Assembly: GCA_965228895.1 (NCBI GenBank)
Contig: OZ245842.1
Location: forward strand, 1,024,001 to 1,088,000
Direction of reading: 5' to 3'
DNA: 64,000 bases
Source: Alphaproteobacteria bacterium
Lineage (GTDB): Bacteria > Pseudomonadota > Alphaproteobacteria > SP197
The notes under the pieces are model-generated. The model was not told where the DNA came from. It saw nothing but the letters and a program-made list of their open reading frames with translations, and did not search any database. Positions within the stretch are counted from its first letter, which is position 1, and each line of letters opens with the position of its first letter. Below are positions 28,292 through 38,661 of this stretch, piece by piece. The position numbers and the translations under genes were made by a program.

Positions 28292-29248
28292 ATGCAGCAC
28301 TATCTCGAGTTCGAGAAGCCGATTGCGGAGCTTGAAAGCAAGATCAAGGAGCTGCGCAAGCTGTCGGACGGCGATGGCGTCAACATCGTCGACGAGGTCG
28401 CGCGGCTGCAGGGCAAGCTCGATCGTCTGCTGAACCAGACCTACAGCAAGCTGACACCGTGGCAGAAGGCGCAGGTCGCGCGCCACGCCGATCGGCCGCA
28501 CACCTCCGATTACATCGCGCGCCTGATCGACGATTTTGTGCCGCTTGCCGGCGATCGTTGCTTTGGCGAGGACACAGCCATCGTTGCCGGATTGGGCGCG
28601 TTTCGCGGTCAGTCGGTGATGGTCATGGGTCACGAGAAGGGCGCTGACACCGCTGACCGGGTCAAACATAATTTCGGGTATGCGCGCCCTGAGGGTTATC
28701 GCAAATCGGTGCGGCTGATGAACCTGGCGGACCAGTTTCGCCTTCCGGTGATTTCGCTGATCGACACCGCCGGCGCCTATCCCGGCATCGGTGCCGAGGA
28801 GCGGGGCCAGGCCGAGGCTATCGCGCGGTCAATCGAAACGTCGTTGAAGTTGGGCGTGCCGTTTGTCGCGGTTGTCATCGGCGAAGGTGGTTCGGGCGGT
28901 GCCATCGCGATCGCCGTCGCCGACCGCGTTTTGATGCTGGAGCACGCGATCTATTCGGTGATTTCGCCGGAGGGCTGCGCGTCTATTTTGTGGCGCAGCG
29001 GTGATGAGGCGGCTCAAGCCGCCGAGGCGCTGCGTATGACGGCCCAGGATCTCGACAAGCTGGGCGTAATTGATGAGGTGATCAGCGAGCCGGTCGGCGG
29101 CGCCCAGCGCGACCCCGAGGTTCAGATCGACCGGGTCGGCGATGCCATCGCCCGAGCGCTCGATGAGTTGAAAGAGGTGCCGTCCGGCGAACTGGTGACC
29201 CGCCGGCGCGACAAGTTCATGGACATGGGCCGCAAGAGCCTGAGTTAA
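28292..29248 (+). CDS. accA: Acetyl-CoA carboxylase carboxyltransferase alpha subunit
   Basis: YLEFEKPI, PEGYRK, DTAGAYPG..AEERGQ, GEGGSGGA, YSVISPEGCASILW. Confidence 0.97.
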   Translation: MQHYLEFEKPIAELESKIKELRKLSDGDGVNIVDEVARLQGKLDRLLNQTYSKLTPWQKAQVARHADRPHTSDYIARLIDDFVPLAGDRCFGEDTAIVAGLGAFRGQSVMVMGHEKGADTADRVKHNFGYARPEGYRKSVRLMNLADQFRLPVISLIDTAGAYPGIGAEERGQAEAIARSIETSLKLGVPFVAVVIGEGGSGGAIAIAVADRVLMLEHAIYSVISPEGCASILWRSGDEAAQAAEALRMTAQDLDKLGVIDEVISEPVGGAQRDPEVQIDRVGDAIARALDELKEVPSGELVTRRRDKFMDMGRKSLS

Positions 29249-29286
29249 AGCCAGGTGGACTGAGTACATTCGGTCTTGCTGTCGCC

Positions 29287-29396
29287 ACCCTCACCCTCCC
29301 AACGCTTCGCGTCGGGCCCCTCCCTCTCCCGCAAGCGGGAGAGTGTTGTGCAGGCTTAGGCGCGTGAGCGCCTTAGCCGGAGCTGGGTGAGGGGGT
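29287..29396. repeat. Family B palindromic repeat between convergent genes
   Basis: CCCTCACCC..CCCTCTCCCGCAAGCGGGAGAG..GGGTGAGGGGG; the reverse complement of 29337-29395 closely matches 21168-21226. Confidence 0.8.
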
Positions 29397-29402
29397 GTAC
29401 GT

Positions 29403-30542
29403 TCAGCTTCGGCGGCGGGCGACGACGAAGGCCTCGTTGACGAACTCCAGACCTCGATTTTCCTCAAGCACCTTGCGTGTCTCGGGCAGATAGCGCGTTG
29501 ACGACATCGCCTGCTGCAGTTCGGCGTCGCCGATCTGGGCGACATAGACAGCGGCATTCCAGGCGGCCAGCAGAGGCGATGTGCCGATGGAGCCGGAGAG
29601 TTCTTCCGGCGAGAGCTGCAGCTCAAATCGGAACTCGGCCTCGCTTGCTCGCTGCTTCAGGAACTGAAGATCCGGGCATTCTTCGCCAATCTGGCGTTCG
29701 AGTTCGCGCAACAGTTCCTGACGCGGCGTCGTGAAGACGTCGTCACGCGGCCAAACGCGACGAACGATGTCCATGCCCGACCCCTTGGGCGTTGACTGCA
29801 CCGTGATCATACGTCCGCCCGGCGCCAGAGCGCGGGCCAGCGGTGCCAGCACGTTGCGGACCTTGATCTCGGCCGGCAGCCGCGAACGATAAGGCTGTGA
29901 TGCGATGACGAGGTCATAGCCGAGGTCGAAACGGCCGGGATCGGGGATCACGTCGTTCAGCGCGAAGCTCTGGTCAGCACGGTAGAGGACCAACACAGAA
30001 GGTTCGACATAAAGCGGGTTACCGGTCTTGGCGCTTGCTTTGGTCTGCCAGCAGCGTTCGACGAAAGCGGAGAGTTCGTGGACCTGTTTGTCGTAGTCGT
30101 GCGCGGTGTTGCCGGCGAGCTGGACTTCGTGCCAGTTCACCTTGTCGCGCATGGCCTCGCGGTTAGGACAAAGCCACGGTGCTTCCGAATAGAACATATT
30201 GGTCAAGACGACGACCGTGCGAGGGTGCTCGGCGAAACGGTCTGGCAGCTTTTCGAGGCTGACCCGCAAATTTTCGGGGTTGGATTCCTTGCCGACGACC
30301 AAAAACGGGATGTCCGGCATGCGGTGATGCATGCGCCGCATGACAAGCGACAGAACCGTTGCGTCGCCGACCCCGGCATCGAACAGCCGGAAAGCCGGCG
30401 GGCGCGCACGCACGTGGCTGATCTCGGCACCGACGCGCTGCGCTGTCATCTGCTTTTCGTTACAGGTGGTGATGAACAGCAGGTACTTTTCGCGGTTGTC
30501 GAAGAACCGGAACGGCCGTGCTGATTTGGTCCGTTTGGTCAA
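29403..30542 (-). CDS. Hypothetical protein with a SAM-methyltransferase-like fold
   Basis: [13 protein letters not shown]; [10 protein letters not shown] (motif I-like); YDLVIASQP; LAPGGRM. TTG 30542 overlaps the secA stop. Confidence 0.65.
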   Translation of the reverse strand: MTKRTKSARPFRFFDNREKYLLFITTCNEKQMTAQRVGAEISHVRARPPAFRLFDAGVGDATVLSLVMRRMHHRMPDIPFLVVGKESNPENLRVSLEKLPDRFAEHPRTVVVLTNMFYSEAPWLCPNREAMRDKVNWHEVQLAGNTAHDYDKQVHELSAFVERCWQTKASAKTGNPLYVEPSVLVLYRADQSFALNDVIPDPGRFDLGYDLVIASQPYRSRLPAEIKVRNVLAPLARALAPGGRMITVQSTPKGSGMDIVRRVWPRDDVFTTPRQELLRELERQIGEECPDLQFLKQRASEAEFRFELQLSPEELSGSIGTSPLLAAWNAAVYVAQIGDAELQQAMSSTRYLPETRKVLEENRGLEFVNEAFVVARRRS

Positions 30543-33304
30543 TGCACCGCGGTTGATGCCCCGGCCGACTGCTCGAGCTTGCCGTGGCAGTGCTTGTACT
30601 TCTTGCCTGAACCGCAGGGGCAGGTTTCGTTGCGCCCGATCTTGCCCCATGTCGCGGGATTGGCGGGATCGCGGTCGTCCGGGTCGACCCGGCTGACGGC
30701 CTGACCAGCCTGCCACGCCATGCGGTCCGATGAAGATGGCTGTCCGGGCTGCTGGGCGAACGCCGGATCGCTGCGGCTTTCCTGCATCGGTGTAGCAGGC
30801 TGCCGTGGCGCCAGTTGATCGGCGTCGGCGTCAACGCGGATCTCGATATGCATCAAGACCTGCGTGACGGACTCGCGAACGTTGTCGAGCATGCTGTCGA
30901 ACAGACTGAAGGCCTCGGCCTGATACTCGCGCAGCGGATCCTTCTGCGCATAGGCGCGTAGGCCCACCGCCTGACGCAGATGGTCGAGCGAGTGCAAGTG
31001 GTCGCGCCAACGCTGGTCGATAATCTGCAGCAGCAGGCTTTTCTCCGCCAGCCGCATGACCTTTTCCGTATAGGTCTCTTCCTTCTTGGCGTACTTCTCG
31101 TTGGCCGCCTCCAAGATGCGCTCACGCACTTCCTCGTCAGCGATGCCTTCTTCCTTCGCCCAATCGGCGACGGGCAGGTTCAGGCCCAGGATACGATGGA
31201 CTTCCTCTTCCAGTGACGCGGTTTCCCATTGTTCGGGATAGGCGCCCGGCGGAATGCAGCGGACAACCAGGTCCTCAATGACCTGTTCGCGCATCTCATG
31301 GATGGTTTCCGAGACTTCTTCGGCACGCATGAGATCGCGGCGCTGTTCGTAAATGACCTTGCGCTGATCGTTCATGACGTTGTCGAAACGCAGCAACGTC
31401 TTGCGGATATCGAAGTTTCGGGCCTCGACTTTGGCCTGGGCCCGCTCGATCGCCTTGTTGACCCAGGGATGGGTGATGGCTTCGCCCTGTTCCAGTCCAA
31501 GCTTCTGAAGCATGCCGTCCAGACGCTCAGAACCGAAGATACGCATCAGATCATCTTCCAGCGACAGCAGGAAGGTCGAGGCGCCGGGATCGCCCTGACG
31601 GCCCGAACGGCCGCGCAACTGATTGTCAATGCGCCGGCTTTCATGCCGTTCGGTGCCGATGATATGAAGGCCGCCGGCCTCGAGCACCTTTTCGCGTTCC
31701 TCGGCGACCTGGGCGTTGATTCTGTCGGCCATTTCGCGCGCTTTGTCGTCGTCGGCATCGCCGACTTCGTGCGCGATCAGCATCTCTGCGTTGCCGCCAA
31801 GCTGAATGTCGGTGCCGCGGCCGGCCATGTTGGTGGCGATCGTCACGCCGCCAAACCGGCCGGCCTGCGCAATGATCTGGGCTTCCTGCTCGTGATAGCG
31901 GGCGTTCAGCACGTTGTGCTTGATCCTTTTCTTCTTCAGCAGCGCCGCGATCATTTCCGACCGTTCGATGCTGATGGTGCCGACCAGGACGGGTTGACCA
32001 CGTTTGTGGCAGTCTTCGATCAACTCGATGATCGCGTTGAATTTTTCTTCGGCCGTCCGGTACACCTCGTCATGGGCATCCTTGCGCACCATCGGCTGGT
32101 GGGTCGGAATCTCGACGACGTCGAGGGTGTAGGTGTTGGCGAACTCGTCGGCTTCCGTCATGGCCGTACCGGTCATGCCGGCGAGCTTGGGATAAAGCCG
32201 GAAATAGTTTTGGAAGGTGATAGACGCGAGCGTCTGGTTCTCGGTCTGAATCTTGACGTCTTCCTTCGCTTCCAGCGCCTGATGCAGACCGTCGGAATAC
32301 CGTCGGCCTTCCATCATGCGTCCGGTAAACTCGTCGATAATGACGACCTTGTCGTCTTTGACGATGTAGTCGACATCGCGGGTGAAGAGTTTGTGCGCCC
32401 GTAGTGCCTGGTTGACGTGGTGAACCGTGCTGACGTTCTCGATGTCGTAGAGACCGCCTTCGGTAATCAGGCCGGCGTCGGCCAGGAGCTTCTCCACATG
32501 CTCGACACCGCTGTCGGTGAGCGAGACCGCCTTCTGTTTTTCGTCTTTCTCATAATCGTCGTCGGCGAGTTGCGGGATCAGACCGTTGACGCCGCGATAG
32601 GACTCCGATGAATCCTCCGCCGGGCCTGAAATCACCAGCGGTGTCCGCGCCTCGTCAATCAGGATACTGTCGACCTCGTCGACGATCGCAAAGTTGAAGT
32701 CGCGCTGAACCATCGAATCCAACGAGAACTTCATGTTGTCGCGCAGGTAGTCGAAACCGAACTCGTTGTTGGTGCCGTAGGTGATATCGGCGGCGTACTG
32801 CTCGCGCCGTTCCGCATCGTCCAGGCCCGGTATAATGCAGCCGGTCTCAAGGCCCAGGGCGCCGTACACCTGGCCCATCCATTCGGCGTCGCGCTTGGCC
32901 AGGTAATCGTTAACGGTGACCACGTGGACGCCCTTGCCATCGATGGCGTTCAGGTAAACGGGCAGGGTCGCGACCAGGGTCTTGCCCTCGCCGGTCTTCA
33001 TTTCCGAGATGGCGCCGTTGTGCAGGATCATGCCGCCCAGCAGCTGAACGTCATAGTGGCGCTGGCCCAGGGTCCGTTTGGCGGCTTCGCGCACGGTCGC
33101 GAAGGCCTCGGGCAGCAGGTCGTCAAGGCTCTGCCCGTCGGCCAGACGGCCGCGGAACTCGTCGGTTTTTGCGCGCAGTTCATCGTCACCGAGCTTCTCG
33201 AAATCCGCTTCCAGCGCATTGATGCGCTCAACGGTCTTTCCGTACTTGCTTAGCAGACGTTCGTTGGCGGAGCCGAACAGGCGGCGGGCGAGAGCGCCGA
33301 TCAT
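30539..33304 (-). CDS. secA: Preprotein translocase subunit SecA
   Basis: [52 protein letters not shown]. Confidence 0.98.
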   Translation of the reverse strand: MIGALARRLFGSANERLLSKYGKTVERINALEADFEKLGDDELRAKTDEFRGRLADGQSLDDLLPEAFATVREAAKRTLGQRHYDVQLLGGMILHNGAISEMKTGEGKTLVATLPVYLNAIDGKGVHVVTVNDYLAKRDAEWMGQVYGALGLETGCIIPGLDDAERREQYAADITYGTNNEFGFDYLRDNMKFSLDSMVQRDFNFAIVDEVDSILIDEARTPLVISGPAEDSSESYRGVNGLIPQLADDDYEKDEKQKAVSLTDSGVEHVEKLLADAGLITEGGLYDIENVSTVHHVNQALRAHKLFTRDVDYIVKDDKVVIIDEFTGRMMEGRRYSDGLHQALEAKEDVKIQTENQTLASITFQNYFRLYPKLAGMTGTAMTEADEFANTYTLDVVEIPTHQPMVRKDAHDEVYRTAEEKFNAIIELIEDCHKRGQPVLVGTISIERSEMIAALLKKKRIKHNVLNARYHEQEAQIIAQAGRFGGVTIATNMAGRGTDIQLGGNAEMLIAHEVGDADDDKAREMADRINAQVAEEREKVLEAGGLHIIGTERHESRRIDNQLRGRSGRQGDPGASTFLLSLEDDLMRIFGSERLDGMLQKLGLEQGEAITHPWVNKAIERAQAKVEARNFDIRKTLLRFDNVMNDQRKVIYEQRRDLMRAEEVSETIHEMREQVIEDLVVRCIPPGAYPEQWETASLEEEVHRILGLNLPVADWAKEEGIADEEVRERILEAANEKYAKKEETYTEKVMRLAEKSLLLQIIDQRWRDHLHSLDHLRQAVGLRAYAQKDPLREYQAEAFSLFDSMLDNVRESVTQVLMHIEIRVDADADQLAPRQPATPMQESRSDPAFAQQPGQPSSSDRMAWQAGQAVSRVDPDDRDPANPATWGKIGRNETCPCGSGKKYKHCHGKLEQSAGASTAVH

Positions 33305-33522
33305 AGAATCAATCCGTTCCTGACCCCGGGTTTCAGCGGGTCGAGCATCACGCCGGACACATAAGGAGCAGAAAGCACGGTGTCAACGCCATAGCACCAC
33401 GTCGCGCAGTTGTGCGCTGAGGCCTCTTGTCTGTGACACGCCAATGTGATCTGTAGCGCCAGAACGTCTGGACGGCCCCGAAATCCGTTGGCTGACCGCC
33501 CTTCATCCAGGGAGAAAACCTG

Positions 33523-34362
33523 ATGCCGTTACGCTTTGTTGCCTGCCTGTTCTTCTTGCTGGGTGCCACGCCCGCGTTCGCTCAGGACGAGGGCGGCGAC
33601 GTTGTCGCGCGGGTGAATGGCATGGAGGTCACCCGCGATGAGGTTGCGACGGCTATCCTGCAACTGCCGGCGGAGTACCAGCAGGTGCCCATGGAGATCC
33701 TGTGGCAGCCGATCCTGGACCAAGTCATCGATCGCAAGCTGTTGGCGGCGGCTGCGGACGAAAGTGGCCTTGACGAGGGCGAGGAGTTTAACCAGCAAAT
33801 CAATATGATGCGCGAGGAGCTGTTGCAGCAGCTCTATCTGCAGCAACAAGTCGACGAAGGTCTGACCACCGAGGCACTGGACGAAGCCTATGAGCGGTTT
33901 GTGGCTGATTTTGAGGCGGCAGGTGCAGGCGAAGAGGTGCACGCGCGCCACATTCTGGTGACGACCGAAGATGAAGCCAACGCGGTCATCGGGCGCCTTG
34001 ACGATGGCGAGGACTTCGAGACGGTCGCCATGGAGACGTCGATTGGGCCATCTGGCCCAGATGGCGGCGATCTTGGTTTCTTCAGGAAAGAAGACATGGT
34101 GCCGGAATTTGGCGATGCCGCTTTCGCGCTGGAGGAAGGAGAGGTCTCTGGCGCCGTGCAGAGCCCGTTCGGTTGGCATGTCATCAAGGTCGAAGAGCGC
34201 CGCCAGGCAGAGGCGCCGGCCATGGAGGAGGTTGCCGGCGACCTGAGCAATCAGGTTGCACAGGAACTGATTACCGAAGAGATCGAGCGGTTGCGCGCCG
34301 ATGCCGACATCGAATTGATCGAGCCTGTGGTGCAAGAGCCGGACGAAGAGCAAGAAAACTAG
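33523..34362 (+). CDS. PpiC-type peptidyl-prolyl isomerase, periplasmic
   Basis: Signal peptide; HARHILV, GGDLGF, MVPEF, SPFGWHVIK. Confidence 0.92.
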   Translation: MPLRFVACLFFLLGATPAFAQDEGGDVVARVNGMEVTRDEVATAILQLPAEYQQVPMEILWQPILDQVIDRKLLAAAADESGLDEGEEFNQQINMMREELLQQLYLQQQVDEGLTTEALDEAYERFVADFEAAGAGEEVHARHILVTTEDEANAVIGRLDDGEDFETVAMETSIGPSGPDGGDLGFFRKEDMVPEFGDAAFALEEGEVSGAVQSPFGWHVIKVEERRQAEAPAMEEVAGDLSNQVAQELITEEIERLRADADIELIEPVVQEPDEEQEN

Positions 34363-34370
34363 ACGTCGCC

Positions 34371-35618
34371 ATGGCCAAACACCCGAAGGTCGCCCGGTCG
34401 CCGCTGGCGCCGGCACGGTTTCCTGATCTTTCACCGGTCAGGGGCGTAAGCCTGGCGGCCGGCCATTGCGGTATCCGCGGTACCGGGACGTCGCTCGATC
34501 TGATGTTGGCGGTGTTTGACAAGGGAACCAGTGTTGCCGGTGTCTACACCCGCTCCAGCACGGCGGGCGCGCCGGTGCGTTGGTGCCGCCGGATCCTGAC
34601 GAACGGTCAGGCGCGCGCGCTGGTGGTTAACTCCGGCAACGCCAATGTCTATACCGGCAAGCCCGGCGATGACGCCGTCAAGGCGACCGCGACGGCGGTG
34701 GCGAAACTGCTGGGTACCACGGCCAATCGCGTCCACATTGCCTCGACCGGCGTGATTGGCGAGCCGCTGCCGGTCGAAAGGGTGATCGCCACGCTCCCCA
34801 AGATGGCGAAGAGGTTGGATCACGGGGCATGGAAACCGGCGGCCGAAGCGATCATGACCACCGACACCTATCCCAAGGGCGCCACGCGAGAGGTCGAGGT
34901 TGACGGTGAGACCGTGACGATCACGGGCATCGCCAAGGGCTCGGGCATGATCGCGCCAGACATGGCGACCATGCTGGCTTATGTCTTTACCGATGCCGCG
35001 GTCACGACCGAGATCCTGCAGTCCCTGCTGCAGTCCGCCGCCGACAAGTCGTTCAACTGCATCACCGTCGACAGCGACACCTCGACCAGTGACACCCTGG
35101 AGATGTTTGCGACCGGCAAAGCCGGTCATACGCCGATCGACAATCTGCGCGACCGCCGGCTGAAGGTCTTTCGTGCCGCCCTCGACGATCTGTGCCTGGA
35201 TCTGGCCCATCAGGTCGTGCGTGACGGCGAGGGCGCGCAGAAGTTCATCGAGATCAAGGTCGAAGGCGCGCGCTCAGCTCTCTCGGCACGACGCATCGGG
35301 CTCGCCATCGCCAACTCGCCCCTGGTCAAGACAGCGATCGCCGGCGGCGATGCCAACTGGGGCCGTATCGTGATGGCGGTCGGCAAGTCGGGCGAGGACA
35401 TTGCAGAGACCAGTCTGACCATTCATGTCGGCGGCCACCCGGTGGCGATAAACGGCGCGCCGCCCGCCGATTACGACGAGGCGCCGGTCGCCCGCCACAT
35501 GGCCGGTCGTTCGATCAAGATGTCAGTCGATGTCGGCATCGGACGCGGCGAAGCCACCGTTTGGACCTGTGACCTCACCCACGGCTATATCGAGATCAAC
35601 GCCGACTACCGCAGTTGA
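34371..35618 (+). CDS. argJ: Bifunctional ornithine acetyltransferase / N-acetylglutamate synthase
   Basis: NSGNAN, IMTTDT, KGSGMIAPDMATML, DGEGA, TCDLT..YI.INADYRS. Confidence 0.96.
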   Translation: MAKHPKVARSPLAPARFPDLSPVRGVSLAAGHCGIRGTGTSLDLMLAVFDKGTSVAGVYTRSSTAGAPVRWCRRILTNGQARALVVNSGNANVYTGKPGDDAVKATATAVAKLLGTTANRVHIASTGVIGEPLPVERVIATLPKMAKRLDHGAWKPAAEAIMTTDTYPKGATREVEVDGETVTITGIAKGSGMIAPDMATMLAYVFTDAAVTTEILQSLLQSAADKSFNCITVDSDTSTSDTLEMFATGKAGHTPIDNLRDRRLKVFRAALDDLCLDLAHQVVRDGEGAQKFIEIKVEGARSALSARRIGLAIANSPLVKTAIAGGDANWGRIVMAVGKSGEDIAETSLTIHVGGHPVAINGAPPADYDEAPVARHMAGRSIKMSVDVGIGRGEATVWTCDLTHGYIEINADYRS

Positions 35619-35651
35619 GGTTGATTGTCCGCGATCGAGTCCGTCGGCACG

Positions 35652-36038
35652 CTAGCCGGTTTTTTCAACACAGAATTCGACGGCGTCCATAAATGTCTTG
35701 TTCGTCGTCAGAACATCTGAGTCGCTGGCGCCAGCGGCCAGGCGCTGCGAGATCTCCTCTGCCACCTCGAGATATTCTTTGAACGGCATGGTTCTTTCGA
35801 TTTCCGTCACAAAGCACCGGCAGTACTGTTTCATCCACTTCGAGTTGTCTTCAGCAATGCAGCTGTCGTAGTCGGCCTGGAGATATTCCGGCGGGATCGG
35901 TTCGGCCATCGCTTCGGATGCCAAAAGCCCCGACGAGACGAAAACAAGGCCGGCCATCGCGAACAGGGCGAAGGTCCGCTTGGTTGCCCGTAAGGTCGCA
36001 CTAATCATCAAAACCATCGCCGCCTCGACGTTGCTCAT
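35652..36038 (-). CDS. Small secreted Cys-containing hypothetical protein (start uncertain)
   Basis: Signal-peptide-like hydrophobic stretch ending AMA-E; four Cys (YDSC, YCRC, FC). Confidence 0.6.
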   Translation of the reverse strand: MSNVEAAMVLMISATLRATKRTFALFAMAGLVFVSSGLLASEAMAEPIPPEYLQADYDSCIAEDNSKWMKQYCRCFVTEIERTMPFKEYLEVAEEISQRLAAGASDSDVLTTNKTFMDAVEFCVEKTG

Positions 36039-36197
36039 GCGCTGATCTCGATGAGTTTATCGCGTTCACCGTGCGCGTGCCATGCGCTTCGTCGCGTCGT
36101 GCCTTGCGCGCTCAGGCGTACCCGTGAGGTGGGCGCTTGCGCCGCTGCGGCCATGCTCTAGCATGCCGGCCGGTTTTGATGACTGTGGAGGTCACCC

Positions 36198-37130
36198 ATG
36201 TCGAGTTTTGCCGTTGCTGGCGTTCAAATGGCCGTCAGCAATCATGACAACACCGACGCCTTGGAAGCCCAAGTCCGCCGTGCGCTGACGTCGTTTCCCT
36301 GGGTCCAGATGGTTGTCGTCGGCGAAGCCGCGCCGGTTGGTTTCCGTCAGGACCTGGCTGTCGAACTGCCCGGGCCGATGGAACATCGCTTTGCCGCCCT
36401 GGCGCATGAACTCGGCATCTGGCTGATTCCAGGCTCCTTCATGGAGCGCCGTGGCGCGCACATTCACAACACGGCGTCGGTGATCAATCCGGCGGGCGAG
36501 ATCGTGACGCGCTACCGCAAGATCTTTCCGTTCTATCCGTACGAAGCCGGCGTGACGCCGGGCAGCGAAGTCTGTGTTTTCGACGTGCCTGGCGTCGGGC
36601 GCTTCGGGCTTTCGATCTGCTACGACAAGTGGTTTCCCGAAACAACGCGCCAGATGTGCTGGCAGGGCGCGGAGGTGATCCTGCAGCCGACAGCGACCGG
36701 CACCGTCGACCGCGATGTCGAGCTGGCCATCGCGCGCGCCAACGCGGCGATCAACCAGTGCTACTTCGTCGACATCAACGGCGCCAAGGGGCCGCTGGGC
36801 ACCGGGCGCTCGGTCGTCGTCGCGCCGGAAGGCGAGATCGTGCACGAGGCCGGCGAGACCGAGGAGACGTTGCCCGTCATCCTGGACCTTGAACGCGTGC
36901 GCCGCGTGCGCCGTGTCGGTTTCCACGGTCTGGGTCAGGTGATGAAGAGTTTCCGCGACAACCCTGTCGTCTTGCCGGCCTACCAGGCAGGTCGACCGAT
37001 CCCCGCCGAGATGGCGGCGCTTGGTGAGCTGCGCATGCCCCAGCAGCGCGACATGGCCGCCGGACGCATGGTCGAGGATGTCGTCGACTTCGCGGTGCCC
37101 GATACACGCACCGGAACCGCCGGCGACTAG
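36198..37130 (+). CDS. Carbon-nitrogen hydrolase (nitrilase superfamily)
   Basis: E..YRKIFP..ICYD.WFPE catalytic triad; GGAGG RBS. Confidence 0.88.
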   Translation: MSSFAVAGVQMAVSNHDNTDALEAQVRRALTSFPWVQMVVVGEAAPVGFRQDLAVELPGPMEHRFAALAHELGIWLIPGSFMERRGAHIHNTASVINPAGEIVTRYRKIFPFYPYEAGVTPGSEVCVFDVPGVGRFGLSICYDKWFPETTRQMCWQGAEVILQPTATGTVDRDVELAIARANAAINQCYFVDINGAKGPLGTGRSVVVAPEGEIVHEAGETEETLPVILDLERVRRVRRVGFHGLGQVMKSFRDNPVVLPAYQAGRPIPAEMAALGELRMPQQRDMAAGRMVEDVVDFAVPDTRTGTAGD

Positions 37131-37160
37131 CGCGCCGGGCGCCAACGGGGACGCCCACCG

Positions 37161-37712
37161 ATGAAACGACCTGTCATGAACGCGCTGAAGACCAGGCGGC
37201 TCAATCTCGTGCCGTTCACGCAAGACCATGCCGCCGATGTCCAACGCTACTCCGGGCATTGGGAAGTCGCGCGCTACACCGCGAACATTCCCTATCCCTA
37301 TCCGGCCGATGGTGCCTTGGCCTTCGCCCGTGACGTCGAGTTCGACCGGCGTAACGGAGGGGGCGGTCTGGTCTTCGCAATTTCGCTCAAGGTCGAGAAA
37401 CAAGTCGTCGGCTTGATCGATCTCAACCTAACCGATGACGCGCGTTCCGCTGAAATGGGCTACGCGCTGTCGCCGGAGATCTGGGGACAGGGCATCGCGT
37501 GCGAGGCCGCCAAAGTTGTCATGGATTGGGGCTTCGGTAGCGCCGGCCTCGACGCCATCGTCGCACGCGCCCTGGTGGTCAACCGCGCCTCATGCCGGGT
37601 ACTGCAAAAGGCGGGGTTTCGCCGTGTCGGTCACGGCAACCTCTACATGCCCGAGCGCCGCAAGACCGGGCTGTTCGAGGAGTACCGGACGTTACGGCGG
37701 GAGTGGCAGTGA
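37161..37712 (+). CDS. RimJ/RimL-type GNAT acetyltransferase (copy 1)
   Basis: T.RL.L.P, EMGYAL..WGQG, NRAS.RVLQKAGF. Confidence 0.87.
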   Translation: MKRPVMNALKTRRLNLVPFTQDHAADVQRYSGHWEVARYTANIPYPYPADGALAFARDVEFDRRNGGGGLVFAISLKVEKQVVGLIDLNLTDDARSAEMGYALSPEIWGQGIACEAAKVVMDWGFGSAGLDAIVARALVVNRASCRVLQKAGFRRVGHGNLYMPERRKTGLFEEYRTLRREWQ

Positions 37713-38266
37713 TGAACCGTATCGCCATGAACGCGCTGAAAACCCGGCGGCTCAATCTGGTGCCGTTTACGCAAGACCATGCCGCAGACGTCGATAGCTT
37801 CTCATCTCTCTGGGAGGTCGCGCGTTACACGATGGGCATTCCCCATCCCTATCCACACGGTGATGTGGTGGCCTTTGCCCGCGAGGTCGAATTCGATCGG
37901 CGCAATGGTGCCGGCGGCCTCGTCTTTGCGACCTCGCTCAAGGGCGACAACCGGATTGTTGGCGTGATCGAGCTCGACCTCGCCGGCGATGCCCGTTCGG
38001 CCGAGTTGGGCTATGCCTTTTCGCCCGTTGTCTGGGGATGTGGCCTCGCGGTTGAGGCGGCCGAGGCCGTCATGGGTTGGGGTTTCGAAAGCGCCCGCCT
38101 CGATGCGGTCGTCGCAAGAGCCCTGGTCGTCAACCGCGCGTCGTGCCGGGTCCTGCAGAAGGCCGGCTTTCGGCGCGTTGGGCACGGTTCCATGTACATG
38201 CCTGAGCGGCGCAAGACGGGCACGTTCGAGGACTACAGGCTGTTGCGCCGGGAGTGGCAGGGGTGA
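37712..38266 (+). CDS. RimJ/RimL-type GNAT acetyltransferase (copy 2)
   Basis: Close paralogue of the preceding gene; ATG overlaps its TGA. Confidence 0.87.
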   Translation: MNRIAMNALKTRRLNLVPFTQDHAADVDSFSSLWEVARYTMGIPHPYPHGDVVAFAREVEFDRRNGAGGLVFATSLKGDNRIVGVIELDLAGDARSAELGYAFSPVVWGCGLAVEAAEAVMGWGFESARLDAVVARALVVNRASCRVLQKAGFRRVGHGSMYMPERRKTGTFEDYRLLRREWQG

Positions 38267-38661
38267 AGACGGTCCTGGTCGCCGCTTGTGCCCTGGTCGA
38301 TCCGGACGACCGCGTATTGCTCGCGCGCCGCCCACCGGGCAAGGCGATGGCGGGTCTTTGGGAGTTCCCGGGCGGCAAGGTCGACCTTGGCGAAACGCCG
38401 GAGGTGGCGCTGATCCGCGAGTTGAACGAAGAACTCGCCATCGATGTGACCGAAGCCTGCCTGGCGCCGTTCACCTTCGCGTCGCACGTCTACGACGACT
38501 TCCACCTGTTGATGCCGCTTTATGTCTGTCGCAAGTGGGAGGGGTTCGTGACGGCGCAAGAGGGTCAGGAACTCGCCTGGGTCAGGCCGCTGCGCATGAA
38601 CCAGTACCCCATGCCGCCGGCCGACGAACCGCTGGTCGCCATGCTGTGTGACCTGCTCTAG
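38263..38661 (+). CDS. mutT: 8-oxo-dGTP diphosphatase MutT
   Basis: LWEFPGGK..GETPE.ALIRELNEEL Nudix box; FHLLMPLY; MPPAD. Confidence 0.92.
   Translation: MKTVLVAACALVDPDDRVLLARRPPGKAMAGLWEFPGGKVDLGETPEVALIRELNEELAIDVTEACLAPFTFASHVYDDFHLLMPLYVCRKWEGFVTAQEGQELAWVRPLRMNQYPMPPADEPLVAMLCDLL

Noticed and set aside
4632-29248. 3-hydroxypropionate bicycle (mcm, mcl, accA all present)
   Set aside because: The diagnostic malonyl-CoA reductase and propionyl-CoA synthase are not in the window; these genes are explained by common pathways.
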